Positions 1 through 10,029 are shown, counted from the first letter of the stretch. The stretch: 64,000 bases of DNA from Bacillota bacterium (GCA_023409735.1 JAEYRB010000063.1:67307-131306), one strand, 5' to 3'. Notes: generated by a model not told the origin, from the sequence alone. Numbers and translations are program-made.

Positions 1-2
1 CA

Positions 3-170
3 AAGCACGAGGGAAAGAATGGAGCTATTTATGGTAAGAGAGGCGGCTTATGCCTTGAGACTCAGTTCTTCCCCAATGCAATGAAGCATAAGAATTTCCC
101 GTCACCAATACTAAAGGCCGGTGAGGAATATAAGTACACTACGATATACAAGTTCTCAACTGTAAAATAG
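3..170 (+). CDS. galM: aldose 1-epimerase (galactose mutarotase), C-terminal fragment cut by window start
   Basis: Frame 3 is open from the window edge. The translation ...GKRGGLCLETQFFPNAMKHKNFPSPILKAGEEYKYTTIYKFSTVK* matches the conserved mutarotase C-terminus (CLETQ.FP..N...FPS..L.PGE.Y). It is absent from the ORF track because it is 5'-truncated. Confidence 0.7.
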   Translation, partial: KHEGKNGAIYGKRGGLCLETQFFPNAMKHKNFPSPILKAGEEYKYTTIYKFSTVK

Positions 171-193
171 TATAATAATACTCGAATGAATGA

Positions 194-232
194 AGCCGGG
201 CTGTGGCTGTATCAGTACAGCAGCCTGGCTTT
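194..232 (+). terminator. hairpin downstream of galM fragment
   Basis: AGCCGGGCTG (194-203) pairs with CAGCCTGGCT (221-230) with one G-U pair. It is followed by TTAATT, which is a weak U-tract. Confidence 0.45.
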
Positions 233-623
233 AATTATACAGATGTTAGGACATTTTTTAAAGCTCTTAAGCAATTGGACAGTGTTCGGTTGAAAATTCA
301 ACATAGGCAAGAGTGTTCTTGATAAAATAGTATACAAAGAGTATTCTTAACTATATCTTTGATGAAGCTTTACGATATCACATGATGTAAAATGGCAGTG
401 AGCGTTATTCACTGACAGATCTGTCCGAAAATCGCCGATTATGTGTCTGATACTTGGAGGCGGATATTCCAAGCCCGGATATGACACCGATTGTGATATA
501 CAGTATTAAAAAGTTTTGGCTGTAAATAGCCGTATAGCCGAAATGGAGGTGAGCAAGACTGGAAAGACATCAAACCCAGGCTTGCCGGTATGGTGAATGT
601 TATATAGAAAAGGAGAGCATTCT

Positions 624-1319
624 ATGAGTAGTATAGACAAACTCATACAAAAGCGGCTATTTGAGCTACAGGACTTGAAATACCATGACTTTCAGTGTAA
701 GCTTATGCCGACGGTCGATCCGGAAACGGTCATTGGTGTGCGAACGCCGGAGCTGCGAAAGCTGGCAAAGGAGCTGTCAAAAATGCCGGAGTCGGCAGAG
801 TTCCTGAAGCTACTGCCGCATAAGTATTATGAAGAAAATAACCTTCACGGCTTCCTTATAGAGATGATCAAGGATTATGATCGGTGTGTTGCTTCTTTGG
901 ACGCCTTCCTCCCGTATGTGGACAACTGGGCTACATGCGATATGATGTGCCCTAAGGTGTTAGGCAGGCATCAACAGGAGCTTTTGGAGCATATAAAGAT
1001 ATGGCTTGCGGCTGATCATACATATACTATACGTTTTGGTCTGGGGATGCTGATGAGCTTTTATTTAAATGATAATTTCAAGCCTGATTATTTAGAGCTT
1101 GCTGCTGAGATTACGAGCAGTGAATATTATGTTAATATGATGATAGCTTGGTATTTTGCCACTGCGCTTACTAAGCAGTATAGCGCCACGCTGCCATATA
1201 TTGAGCAGCATCGTCTGGACAAGTGGGTACATAATAAGGCTATACAGAAGTCAATCGAAAGCAGATGTATTTCAGAGGAGCAGAAGGCTTATCTGAGATC
1301 CCTGAAGGATAAGGCGTAG
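624..1319 (+). CDS. DNA alkylation repair protein (AlkD-like HEAT-repeat family)
   Basis: The track ORF is 597..1319. The ATG at 624 follows the RBS AAAAGGAGAG. The sequence MSSIDKLIQKRLFELQDLKYHDFQCKLMPTVDPETVIGVRTPELRKLAKEL...DNWATCD is typical of the PF08713 DNA_alkylation family. Confidence 0.8.
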   Translation: MSSIDKLIQKRLFELQDLKYHDFQCKLMPTVDPETVIGVRTPELRKLAKELSKMPESAEFLKLLPHKYYEENNLHGFLIEMIKDYDRCVASLDAFLPYVDNWATCDMMCPKVLGRHQQELLEHIKIWLAADHTYTIRFGLGMLMSFYLNDNFKPDYLELAAEITSSEYYVNMMIAWYFATALTKQYSATLPYIEQHRLDKWVHNKAIQKSIESRCISEEQKAYLRSLKDKA

Positions 1320-1642
1320 TCCTATTGCTTTAACAGCCGGTTCGATATATCTATGACCTTGATTCACTCATACCGGTAATCATCATAGCGTGTATGAACA
1401 TTAATAATCTTGGGTGAGGTTGCTTTTTAGGTGGAATGCAGTTAGGATGAAAATGTGTAAATAGTTGAATATCAGATGCATGAAATAGATGAGAGAAAAA
1501 CGTATGCATCATTTGAATGGCAAACGTATGAAATTTTGGAGCATGCGAACATCTGAGACAATAGAGACTTTTGACACATTGTATGATTTATTTAACCTGG
1601 TATTAATTAAAATTGAAAGAATAGCGAGGTGTTATATCTGTC

Positions 1643-2269
1643 ATGAATTCAATAACAATACAATGGCTTGGACATGCATGCTTTAAGGTCTGCAAGGGGG
1701 ATTATTCAATCGTCCTGGACCCATACGAAGATGGAACAGTTCCGGGCCTTGAAGAGTTGAGAGTTGCTGCTGATGAAGTAATCTGCAGTCATGAACATAG
1801 CGATCACAATGCAGTTAGCTGTGTCAGCCTACCTGCTGAAAGACGTGGAAGTCCCTTTACTATTACAAAGCTGCATAGCTTTCATGATGAGAGCTTTGGA
1901 AAAGAACGTGGTAAAAATGATATCGCAATATTAGAGACTGATGGGATCCGTATTGCTCATATGGGCGATATGGGTTGCATCCCGGACGAAGACCAGCTTG
2001 GGAAGCTGACTCGCCTTGATGCCATAATGGTACCTATCGGTGGTTTTTACACTATGGAGCCGGCTCTTGTAAGGGAATTTATTCGGAGAACAGAACCGGC
2101 TGTGGTGATTCCAATGCACTATAGGAATGATAACTTCGGCTTTTCTGTGATAGGTACACTTGAGGACTTTTTGCGCAGTGACGATTGCGTACGGTATTAT
2201 GACAGCGATACAGTGACAATTTCCGAGAAGCCTGAAAAACAGATCGCAGTGCTGAAGTATAAGCCATAG
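1643..2269 (+). CDS. MBL-fold metal-dependent hydrolase
   Basis: The N-terminus ITIQWLGHACFKV and the metal motif SHEHSDH are typical of the small UPF0173-like beta-lactamase-fold hydrolases. Confidence 0.8.
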   Translation: MNSITIQWLGHACFKVCKGDYSIVLDPYEDGTVPGLEELRVAADEVICSHEHSDHNAVSCVSLPAERRGSPFTITKLHSFHDESFGKERGKNDIAILETDGIRIAHMGDMGCIPDEDQLGKLTRLDAIMVPIGGFYTMEPALVREFIRRTEPAVVIPMHYRNDNFGFSVIGTLEDFLRSDDCVRYYDSDTVTISEKPEKQIAVLKYKP

Positions 2270-2932
2270 CTTATTTCTTCTTCTCTTTTGATCTCTTATC
2301 GTTTATGATATCCATGTGCTCTGCTGTTATGAGTGTGACACCATTTTCACGTGCCCACTCAAACAGCCTCTGAGTGCTGTTGGCAAAAAGATACGCGGCA
2401 CATTCAACAGCTTTGAGCATGCTTCGTCGCCCAATCGTGCAGTATAATATTGCGTTATTATGATAAAAAAGCCTGCAGAAGCGTTATGCTTAGCTAAGCT
2501 GTCCTTTAGTATTCTATTATATTTATCTGCAAATTTATAGATGCGTTCATAACAAATGTTTAGTTTCGGTTTTATGTTAAGATTAGCGTTCTTAAGTCAC
2601 AGAAAAGGGCACAAAATAAAAGATTATGGTTGGGTATAACTGCAGATTTACATAAGATTTCGTTATAAGACAGTTAGTAATAATGTATCAATTCAATTTT
2701 GATGTAGGATAACGTGTGGTTCTTGATATAAATGAAATTATTTAGTGGAACAAAATATAAAAATTATAGTCAAATAAGTAAAATTGTTATTGGCTGGGGA
2801 CATAGCCAAGGCTTAATTTCAGTCAAATGGTTTCATATTATACTGAAAAACTGCCAAAGCTAATTATGTCAAGTAGTCAAATACTGTGTTGGTTCTAATG
2901 AATTAAATATAAAAATCAAACAGGAGGAAGTT

Positions 2933-3994
2933 ATGAAAGTATTAAGAAAAACATTGGTCAGTATTCTGATAATATCGGTAATGTTATTAATGTCAGCAGC
3001 CGCCTTTGCAGTACCTGAAGGTTTTACTGATGCATCGAAGGAAAAGTATATATTACAGCCGGTAAATGGCATGACTTATAATGACCTTTCCGCTGATTGG
3101 TATAAGTCTTCTGTAGAGAAATACGGGTACCATGAGATATTCAATAAAGACGGACATTTCAGCCCAAACAAAGCAATAACTCGCATGGAATTTGCAAGAC
3201 TGCTTCATAAAGCTTTGAAAATAAATATTAACTATTTTGCACCGACAGACATAGCAGAATATTTTTCTGATGTAACAAACAATGTTGATGGCGCGAGCAA
3301 GCTTTATGATCTTGTCACTGCCGGAATCATTGAAGAAAAGGGCAGCTTTAAGCCTGACGGAGAGCTTAGCCGAGAAGACATGATCCATTATATTATCAAT
3401 GGACTTAAGTATGTCACAGATGGACAATACGCTTTAATTAAAATGATGCCTGCACCGTTTGATGATGATGCATCGATCAAAGCTGAATATAAAAATGACA
3501 TTATTGAGGCTGTGCTTCTGAAGCTGGTAAATGGCAGAGGAGACAATAGGCTATACCCCAAGGAAAGTGCAACCCGTGCTGAAGCAGTTGTCATTATGGA
3601 CCGATTGGTAGAGCTGAAAGCTACACTCGTTCCTGATGTAAAAGTAACATCATCTGCAGCAGAGGAAAACAGTATGCTTAAAATGAAGCTCACTATTGAA
3701 AACACCGGGGATACCGCGGTGACGATCAATCACAGTTCCGGTCAAAAATTTGATTTCCAAGTGCTAGGTAATAATGATGAAGTGTTATATACATGGTCAG
3801 CTGATAAATTATTTACCATGGCGTTGACAGCCACCAGTATCGCAGCAGGAGAAAAGGTAGAATTCACAGCTGAGCTTGATAGCGCAGCATACGGATTGAT
3901 AAAGGGCAAGGCTGCTTTTGTTAAAGCATACATCACCGGCTCATCTGATGATTTTGCTATTGCAGCTGAAGGTTATGTAGTGGCAATTAAATAG
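2933..3994 (+). CDS. secreted SLH-repeat protein with C-terminal BsuPI-like (intracellular proteinase inhibitor fold) domain
   Basis: It has a strong RBS (ACAGGAGGAAGTT-ATG) and a signal peptide (...LLMSAAAFAVPEG). Three degenerate SLH-like repeats are present (e.g. ...FSPNKAITRMEFARLLHKAL, ...YPKESATRAEAVVIMDRLV). The C-terminal KMKLTIENTGDTAVTINHSSGQKFDFQVL...YTWSADK resembles PF12690. Confidence 0.7.
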   Translation: MKVLRKTLVSILIISVMLLMSAAAFAVPEGFTDASKEKYILQPVNGMTYNDLSADWYKSSVEKYGYHEIFNKDGHFSPNKAITRMEFARLLHKALKININYFAPTDIAEYFSDVTNNVDGASKLYDLVTAGIIEEKGSFKPDGELSREDMIHYIINGLKYVTDGQYALIKMMPAPFDDDASIKAEYKNDIIEAVLLKLVNGRGDNRLYPKESATRAEAVVIMDRLVELKATLVPDVKVTSSAAEENSMLKMKLTIENTGDTAVTINHSSGQKFDFQVLGNNDEVLYTWSADKLFTMALTATSIAAGEKVEFTAELDSAAYGLIKGKAAFVKAYITGSSDDFAIAAEGYVVAIK

Positions 3995-4001
3995 AGGATA
4001 A

Positions 4002-4694
4002 TTACATAAACTGTGCAAATATGCTTGCACCTATGACTGTGAGTAAGCCTGAAACCACAATGGACAGGCTACTCATAGCGCCCTCAACCTCACCGAGCTC
4101 AATTGCTTTTGCAGTACCGATGGCATGAGAAGATGTACCGATAGCTATGCCCCTTGCAACCGGGTCTGTAATATGAAATAGCTTTAGAACGCTTTCGGCT
4201 ATCACGTTTCCAAGGACTCCCGTTATGATTATAATAGCAGCTGTGAGAGCGACATAGCCACCAAGCTCATCTGTGACACCCATCCCAATAGCTGTAGTGA
4301 TGGATTTTGGCAGAAGGGTTACATAAGCTCTATGGTCAAGATTGAACAGAAGCGCGAGCAGAAACACGCTCACAAGGCTTGTGAACACACCGCCTGCGAT
4401 GCCGAACAATACAGCTTTACAATTCTTTTTTAATAGCTCAAACTGTTCATAAAGAGGGACAGCAAAACAAACTGTCGCCGGTGTTAGAAGGTAACTTATG
4501 TACTTTGTACCATAGCTGTATTTTTCATATTCCACACCGAAAATAAGCAATACTGCTATTGTTATGATGATAGCAATCAGCAGCGGATTAAAAATGGCAA
4601 GTCTGAATTTCTTCTTTAGCAGTGTGCCTATTCCATAGGAAAACAGGCTGATTAAAACTCCAAAAAATACAGAGTCTGCGAAAAACTCACTCAT
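4002..4694 (-). CDS. lrgB: LrgB/CidB family murein-hydrolase regulator membrane protein
   Basis: It is a 230-aa polytopic protein with an LrgB-like N-terminus (FFGVLISLFSYGIGTLLKKKF...NPLLIAI). It overlaps the upstream lrgA-like gene by 8 nt. Confidence 0.85.
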   Translation of the reverse strand: MSEFFADSVFFGVLISLFSYGIGTLLKKKFRLAIFNPLLIAIIITIAVLLIFGVEYEKYSYGTKYISYLLTPATVCFAVPLYEQFELLKKNCKAVLFGIAGGVFTSLVSVFLLALLFNLDHRAYVTLLPKSITTAIGMGVTDELGGYVALTAAIIIITGVLGNVIAESVLKLFHITDPVARGIAIGTSSHAIGTAKAIELGEVEGAMSSLSIVVSGLLTVIGASIFAQFM

Positions 4695-5058
4695 GTTCCA
4701 TCCCCCTGTTCTTTCTATTTCGGCATATTAACGCCTGCGTGATTTTACCGGATACGATCATAACCATAATGGTTGTTACTATGGTGATAATTAAATATTG
4801 AAGCCATGCCGGACGCAATATATCCCAGGAATTCATAAGACCGACTGCTGCCGGAATAAACATTATAGGCATGATCTCAATGAGAAATGCGCTGGTTTCC
4901 TTAACAGCATTTAAAGGGATTATTTTAAGCTCCAGAGCTATAAATAAAATAACCATGCCGTAAATGCTTGCAGGGATAGGAAGCGGAATCAGCTCATTTA
5001 ATGTTTCTCCCACAAATGAGATTAATAAAATAATAGTAAATTGTTTTATGTACTTCAA
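4687..5058 (-). CDS. lrgA: LrgA/CidA holin-like protein
   Basis: The track ORF is 4687..5124. The TTG at 5058 is preceded by AAGGAAGG at 7-nt spacing and gives a ~123-aa four-TM protein of typical LrgA size. Confidence 0.8.
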   Translation of the reverse strand: MKYIKQFTIILLISFVGETLNELIPLPIPASIYGMVILFIALELKIIPLNAVKETSAFLIEIMPIMFIPAAVGLMNSWDILRPAWLQYLIITIVTTIMVMIVSGKITQALICRNRKNRGMEHE

Positions 5059-5263
5059 AAGGTTACCTTCCTTTGTTATCGCCTGTTGTAAATTTACTGT
5101 AGCACATTTTTCTTCAAGCTTCAACCATCTTGCTCAAGCTCGCAGAATTACCGCGAGGACGTACAAAGGCCCGGTGAAATGATAGGTCATAATGATGATT
5201 TATAGGAGTAGCAGAATATGGCTTTATTCTGGCCACAATGCCAGACTGATTCAGTTAGCCGGA

Positions 5264-7840
5264 TTAACGCAGCCTAAAGCAGCTTCTAAGACTCCCATAG
5301 CCTGAAAGCGCTGTATGTGTATCAATGAAGATAACAGGTCTGACACCGGCAGCCTCTTTAGCATCCCGAAAGTATATTTTGCCATCAGGGTAAACGCAGC
5401 GAACCATGTTACTGTTGTTGTAATATGGTGTATCCAGCCAGTATCGTGTATTTAGTGAAATGCTCCGGCCTACGGCAGCCAAAGAAGCTATGTCCTCAAT
5501 TCCGGGCAGGCTGACCAGATCGTACTCGGTATACTGGTAGGCCTGACTGTGATTTATCGCACTGACCTCAGCCAGATGGCTGCAAAAGAAATCGCGATTG
5601 CCGCTTGTGGCAAGATGTTTGTGGCTGTTGGATAGAATAATAGGATGTGCTGCATTTATTAGGCTTTCAAGTTCTTGGTCAGTAAAACAGGATAAAAAGC
5701 TTGTGTTAAGCCATTTTCTCAGACTGCTGATGCTCCAGTAGTTTTCGTTAGAATAGGAGAACTGTGACAGCATAATTGCTTCAGTACAAAGCAGCTGTGC
5801 CGAGCCATTCTCTGCAGACAACACTTGCCAAAGGAGAGGCTGTCCGCAATATGAGCCTATTTCAATATATGCACCCGGCTCAAGTGACGTGTGGTTGTCC
5901 ATTTTGTGTATAAAATTCACGAAAGTATTGCTGAGGTATGGAAGAATAAGTACTGTCAACAATACTGTTGTAATTACATTCAAAGTAATTCTTTTGTTCA
6001 TGCTTAAACCATTTTTTTTAAATTGGCCCATAGCACTTTCTTTACTATCTTTTTTGGACCTGGAACCAATTGCGGTAATCAACACAGCAATGAAGCCTGC
6101 GTCAATTATCTGCTCAAATGCAAGCATGTGCTTTGCCAGGTCTCCATAACCATTACTTATAAAGGGTGTTGCCAAAGTGTAAAATGAAAATAACCAAAAG
6201 GCAGACAAAAAAATCATGCATGGAACGACTGCCTTGTTCCACAGTAAAATAATCAGCATAATTGAAAATGCTATTAATACGGCAATGTTACCGGCTGTAG
6301 TATCAAAGCCCCAAAAGCCTCGTATTGTATTCCATAGTGAAAAGCGTGATGATAATGTGAACCGGGAATAGGAGCTATCATAATTTGATAGATAATATGG
6401 TCTGATCATTCCGCTGTGGTGAAAGGACTGCCTTATAGCTTTCCAAAAAAGACAAGGATGACGAAGATATAAGGACAACAGCTGAAGCTTTGAAACCCTT
6501 GCAATGTTATCAAGGTAGCTATTCTTAGAAACTGTATGTGAAACGGCAGTATCTGAAGCAGTAGTGTCTGATACAGCGGTGTTTGAAGCAGCGGTGTTTG
6601 AAGCGGCAGTATCTGAAGCAGCGGTGTTTGAGGTAATGGTATTTGAAGGAGCAGTATCTGAAGTAACTATATCCGGAACACTCACAGTATAAGCGTTTGT
6701 TCCTGATAATTCTACCATTTCAGTATCTAATCCCAGTTCTTTCAAATATTCAGCAGCGGTTACTGTATCTGTATCCATCAGTGCGCCATAAAATATTGCA
6801 TTATAGGTAGTGTCATAGCTCATCCATGATGGAATACTGCTATAAACTGCAATTAGTATTACCAGTACGAAGGCTGAAGCAGCAATTGGCCATTTTTTCC
6901 TCGAATGGTACCACAATATAGCTTCAAGCCCTAAACAGAGGAATATTGCAGCAGGAATATTAGCAAATTTTGTCCAACCGTAAACGAGACACGAAAAAGC
7001 GATAATAAGTGAGTCAGTTGCTAAACTGGATTTCTTAAAGATTACGTCACCTTTTCCTGAGCGTGTTTCTGAGCCTACGGCTGACTTGGGTGCTAAGTCT
7101 GTTACATGATAGTCTGTGGTGCTTATTCCAGAGTTCATCAATGACTGGTCCTCTAGGCCTGATGATTGATAGTCTGTGGTGCTTATACTTGAGTCTAATC
7201 TTGAGTCGGCCGCTATATTTTCCACTTTATGTAACATCCATGTCATTATGCGAATAGCCACACCTGCAATTAGTACGAAGGATATTATTTGCAGTGCCTC
7301 TCCATAAAATGAGTTAAAATAGGTTACATACCCCACATCACACAGCACGATTATTATTATCAGCTTTCCAATCAGATCAACCCACCATTTGCTCAGTCTT
7401 ATCTGCGCAAATAGATATGACAGTACTGCAGCATAGCATAAGGAATACATTATTCCGAGCACCTTCAGACGGTATAAGGACGTAGCTGCGCCTGTAAGTC
7501 TGTTGATCAGCAGATTGATTATTACGGAGATGCGTACAAAAGCTACTTGAATTGACGGATAAGTGATATAGCCGGACTTGTCGAAAAGAATATGGAAGGT
7601 GTCCCGGAGAAATCCATTACCGGGCAAATTGATTATATAGCTGGGTATATAGACAAAGCTTTTATCCATAGTTTCAAAGGAAAGTGATGAAGCTGACATA
7701 ACACGTTTAAAATCACCGTTATCAGAAAGACCTATTTCACTACCTAGAAACAAAATGGTTAAGATAAGTACAAATGAAAGAAAGCCAAGCAGGTAGTACT
7801 GGTATTTTCTGTAGATGTTTTCAATGGTTGTTCCCGTCAA
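5264..7840 (-). CDS. 858-aa polytopic membrane protein with low-complexity S/T/D linker and C-terminal DUF6273-like domain
   Basis: It has a TTG start with the RBS AAAGGAG. There are many TM segments in two blocks. The C-terminal ~190 aa (IEIGSYCGQPLLWQVL...LRKWLNTSFLSCFTDQELESLI...RYWLDTPYY...GVRPVIFID) follows the DUF6273 pattern (W.vL, LRkWLN..F, yWLr.P, vRPa). Confidence 0.7.
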   Translation of the reverse strand: MTGTTIENIYRKYQYYLLGFLSFVLILTILFLGSEIGLSDNGDFKRVMSASSLSFETMDKSFVYIPSYIINLPGNGFLRDTFHILFDKSGYITYPSIQVAFVRISVIINLLINRLTGAATSLYRLKVLGIMYSLCYAAVLSYLFAQIRLSKWWVDLIGKLIIIIVLCDVGYVTYFNSFYGEALQIISFVLIAGVAIRIMTWMLHKVENIAADSRLDSSISTTDYQSSGLEDQSLMNSGISTTDYHVTDLAPKSAVGSETRSGKGDVIFKKSSLATDSLIIAFSCLVYGWTKFANIPAAIFLCLGLEAILWYHSRKKWPIAASAFVLVILIAVYSSIPSWMSYDTTYNAIFYGALMDTDTVTAAEYLKELGLDTEMVELSGTNAYTVSVPDIVTSDTAPSNTITSNTAASDTAASNTAASNTAVSDTTASDTAVSHTVSKNSYLDNIARVSKLQLLSLYLRHPCLFWKAIRQSFHHSGMIRPYYLSNYDSSYSRFTLSSRFSLWNTIRGFWGFDTTAGNIAVLIAFSIMLIILLWNKAVVPCMIFLSAFWLFSFYTLATPFISNGYGDLAKHMLAFEQIIDAGFIAVLITAIGSRSKKDSKESAMGQFKKNGLSMNKRITLNVITTVLLTVLILPYLSNTFVNFIHKMDNHTSLEPGAYIEIGSYCGQPLLWQVLSAENGSAQLLCTEAIMLSQFSYSNENYWSISSLRKWLNTSFLSCFTDQELESLINAAHPIILSNSHKHLATSGNRDFFCSHLAEVSAINHSQAYQYTEYDLVSLPGIEDIASLAAVGRSISLNTRYWLDTPYYNNSNMVRCVYPDGKIYFRDAKEAAGVRPVIFIDTHTALSGYGSLRSCFRLR
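6545..6664 (-). repeat. 8 x 15-bp in-frame tandem repeat encoding (S/T)(D/N)TAA pentapeptides
   Basis: The units GGCAGTATCTGAAGC / AGCGGTGTTTGAAGC repeat head to tail. On the coding strand they encode TSDTAPSNTITSNTAASDTAASNTAASNTAVSDTTASDTAVS. Confidence 0.8.
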
Positions 7841-7882
7841 TCCTGTTATCTCCTTTAATTTTCATTAAAGTCACCGCCAAGT

Positions 7883-8113
7883 GTGTGCACGCAAAAGCAG
7901 TCTTTATTCACGTACTAAGGTAGTCACGTGCTTACACACGGAAGCTGTTTTTTATCCAAATACTGAGGCTGTCACGTGCTTATACACGGAAGCTGTCTTT
8001 TATCCACATACTATGGCAGTCACATGCTTGCACGCGGAGGGCCTCTTTTATCCACATACTAAGGCAGCTATTCGCTTATCAGCGTGAGTGCCCTCTATCC
8101 ACGTGCAGAGCTT
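7883..8113. repeat. 48-bp tandem repeat array (~4.8 units) in a divergent intergenic region
   Basis: The units are 7883-7929, 7930-7977, 7978-8025 and 8026-8073, with a degenerate unit at 8074-8113. Each junction recreates GTCAC(G/A)TGCTT, a CACGTG core. Confidence 0.9.
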
Positions 8114-8265
8114 ATATTTGTTTGGCGACAAAGCCATCTTCATTAGCTTTCCCCAAAAAGCTAAATTATGTATAATAGAAGGAGTTATTGAAATAATATT
8201 TCGATAATACTGCTTATTTTTATGCCATGCTTTTGACAGGTAAAAAACCGGAAGGCACATAACCG

Positions 8266-8961
8266 GTGGCTCTGCTTAAACTAAGGCAGGAGCGGAAGGC
8301 ACATAAAGGCTGTTCTGAATTTACCAAGGCAGAGGTTGAAGGTGTCAAAGGGGTGAGTCTCTACATATTGAAGCTTGACAGAGAATTTTATATAAGGCCC
8401 GGCCTTGTGGTGGCTAAAGAACTGATCGGAAAGCAATTAGTTCACAATACTGCCGAAGGAACTACAAAGGGGATCATAGTTGAAACAGAAGCGTATATAG
8501 GCCCCGGAGATGCGGCTGCACACTCATATAAGGGCAGGAGGACACAGCGTACGGCTATTATGTATGGAAGCGGAGGCTATGCTTATGTTTATACTATTTA
8601 TGGGCTTCATTACTGCATGAACGTTGTGGCTAACAGGGAGGAATGCCCCGAAGCTATTCTGATAAGAGCATTGCAGCCTACTGCAGGATTGGATATTATG
8701 AGAAATAGAAGGGCAACGCATAAGGACATTGAGCTATGCAAGGGACCCGGAAGATTATGCAGTGCAATGGGTATTACAATGGGTGATTACGGAAAGGACT
8801 TGTGTGCGGACACTCTGTATATAGAGACGCAGGACAATATATCAATAGAGGTCGTGACAACCAAGAGGATCAACATTGATTATTCCGGTGAAGCTGCAGA
8901 TTATCCATGGAGATTTATTTGCAGAGGAAGCAGGTATCTTTCTGTTCCGCCAAGAAAATAA
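8266..8961 (+). CDS. mpg: DNA-3-methyladenine glycosylase (Mpg/AAG family)
   Basis: LDREFY...VAKELIGKQLV...GIIVETEAYIGPGDAAAHSYKGRRTQRTAIMYGSGGYAYVYTIYGLHYCMNVV...LIRALQP is the canonical Mpg core. The start is uncertain: GTG 8266, GTG 8353 and TTG 8368 are all possible. Confidence 0.85.
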   Translation: MALLKLRQERKAHKGCSEFTKAEVEGVKGVSLYILKLDREFYIRPGLVVAKELIGKQLVHNTAEGTTKGIIVETEAYIGPGDAAAHSYKGRRTQRTAIMYGSGGYAYVYTIYGLHYCMNVVANREECPEAILIRALQPTAGLDIMRNRRATHKDIELCKGPGRLCSAMGITMGDYGKDLCADTLYIETQDNISIEVVTTKRINIDYSGEAADYPWRFICRGSRYLSVPPRK

Positions 8962-9087
8962 GTGCTGCTGGGAAGCTATAGAAATATTGTCGTTTATGTG
9001 CTATTATACTAGTAAAAGGATAAGTAGTAATCAGATTTTTGGCAGAAGTTACCTTGTAATTGGATTATTAAGGAGAGCAGAAACGAT

Positions 9088-9903
9088 ATGAATATTCTGG
9101 TTACACTAAACTCAAATTATCTTAGGCCTCTGAGGGTTATGCTGAAATCCTTGTTCTTTAATAATCCCGGGGAGAGCTTTACTATATATGTAATGCATTC
9201 CAGTCTGGGGCAGTATGAAATAAATGAACTTTCAGCTTTTACTGCAGAAAACGGAAGTAAGCTTGAGAGCCTGAGGGTGGATGAAAGCTGTTTTGCAGAT
9301 GCACCTATACTGCTGCACTATACAAAGGAGATGTATTTCAGACTTCTTGCATATAAATTTCTTCCTCAGAAGCTCGATCGTATATTATACCTTGATCCGG
9401 ATATACTCGTCATTAATGAAATCAAGGAACTTTATGAGACAGACATAGAGGGTTACCTTTATGCTGCTGCATATCACAATATTGTTTCTGTAAAAGAGAT
9501 AAACAAGCTGAGGCTATATCCATACGAGATCAGTGCATATTACAACTCCGGTGTGCTTCTTATGAATCTTGAACTCCAGCGAACACAGGTCAATGAAAAA
9601 GAAATCTTTGATTTTGTTGAGGAAAATCGTAAAAAGCTTATAATGCCTGATCAGGATGTTTTAAATGCCCTCTATGCTCAGAGAATTAAAAGCCTGGATG
9701 AAAAGCTCTATAATTATGATGCACGCTACTACAGCTATTATAGGCTTACCTCCAACGGCTTTTTTGATATGGATCAGATAATTAACCATACGGTAATACT
9801 GCATTTTTGCGGTAAAAGAAAGCCCTGGCATAAGGGATATACCGGCAAATTTTACTCACTATACAAGCATTATGAGAAGCAGGCCTTTAGTAAAACTCTA
9901 TAA
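9088..9903 (+). CDS. glycosyltransferase family 8
   Basis: The RBS is AAGGAGAG. GT8 hallmarks are present: ILYLDPDILV (DxD), YYNSGVLLMNL, PDQDVLNALY and HFCGKRKPW. Confidence 0.85.
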   Translation: MNILVTLNSNYLRPLRVMLKSLFFNNPGESFTIYVMHSSLGQYEINELSAFTAENGSKLESLRVDESCFADAPILLHYTKEMYFRLLAYKFLPQKLDRILYLDPDILVINEIKELYETDIEGYLYAAAYHNIVSVKEINKLRLYPYEISAYYNSGVLLMNLELQRTQVNEKEIFDFVEENRKKLIMPDQDVLNALYAQRIKSLDEKLYNYDARYYSYYRLTSNGFFDMDQIINHTVILHFCGKRKPWHKGYTGKFYSLYKHYEKQAFSKTL

Positions 9904-10029
9904 ACCAATGAAAGGTGTTATGAAAACAGGTTATCAGCAGCCCTGATCAAATAGATGATTGTTAATTCAAGAACAGTCATTATGTCATTATATAATGGTC
10001 AAAATGATTCATGAAGGCAGGTAATTTAT

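Noticed and set aside
1489-1686. 65-aa plus-strand ORF upstream of and overlapping the MBL hydrolase start
   Set aside because: It has no RBS and unusual composition, and it overlaps the well-supported downstream gene start. It is probably promoter/leader DNA.
2274-2450. Minus-strand short ORF (...MLKAVECAAYLFANSTQRLFEWARENGVTLITAEHMDIINDKRSKEKKK*)
   Set aside because: It looks protein-like and could be the tail of a decayed gene. However, it is under 60 aa, I could not match it to a family by eye, and the upstream frame closes quickly. I left it unannotated. A BLASTX would settle it.
7881-8087. 68-aa ORF spanning the 48-bp tandem array, encoding a 16-aa periodic peptide
   Set aside because: The frame stays open only because 48 is a multiple of 3. 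It has no RBS. The composition is odd (H/T/C/Y-rich), and it lies in a divergent promoter region. I treated it as non-coding repeat DNA.
7883-8113. Possible CRISPR array
   Set aside because: The units are contiguous with no unique spacers. No cas genes or leader lie nearby.
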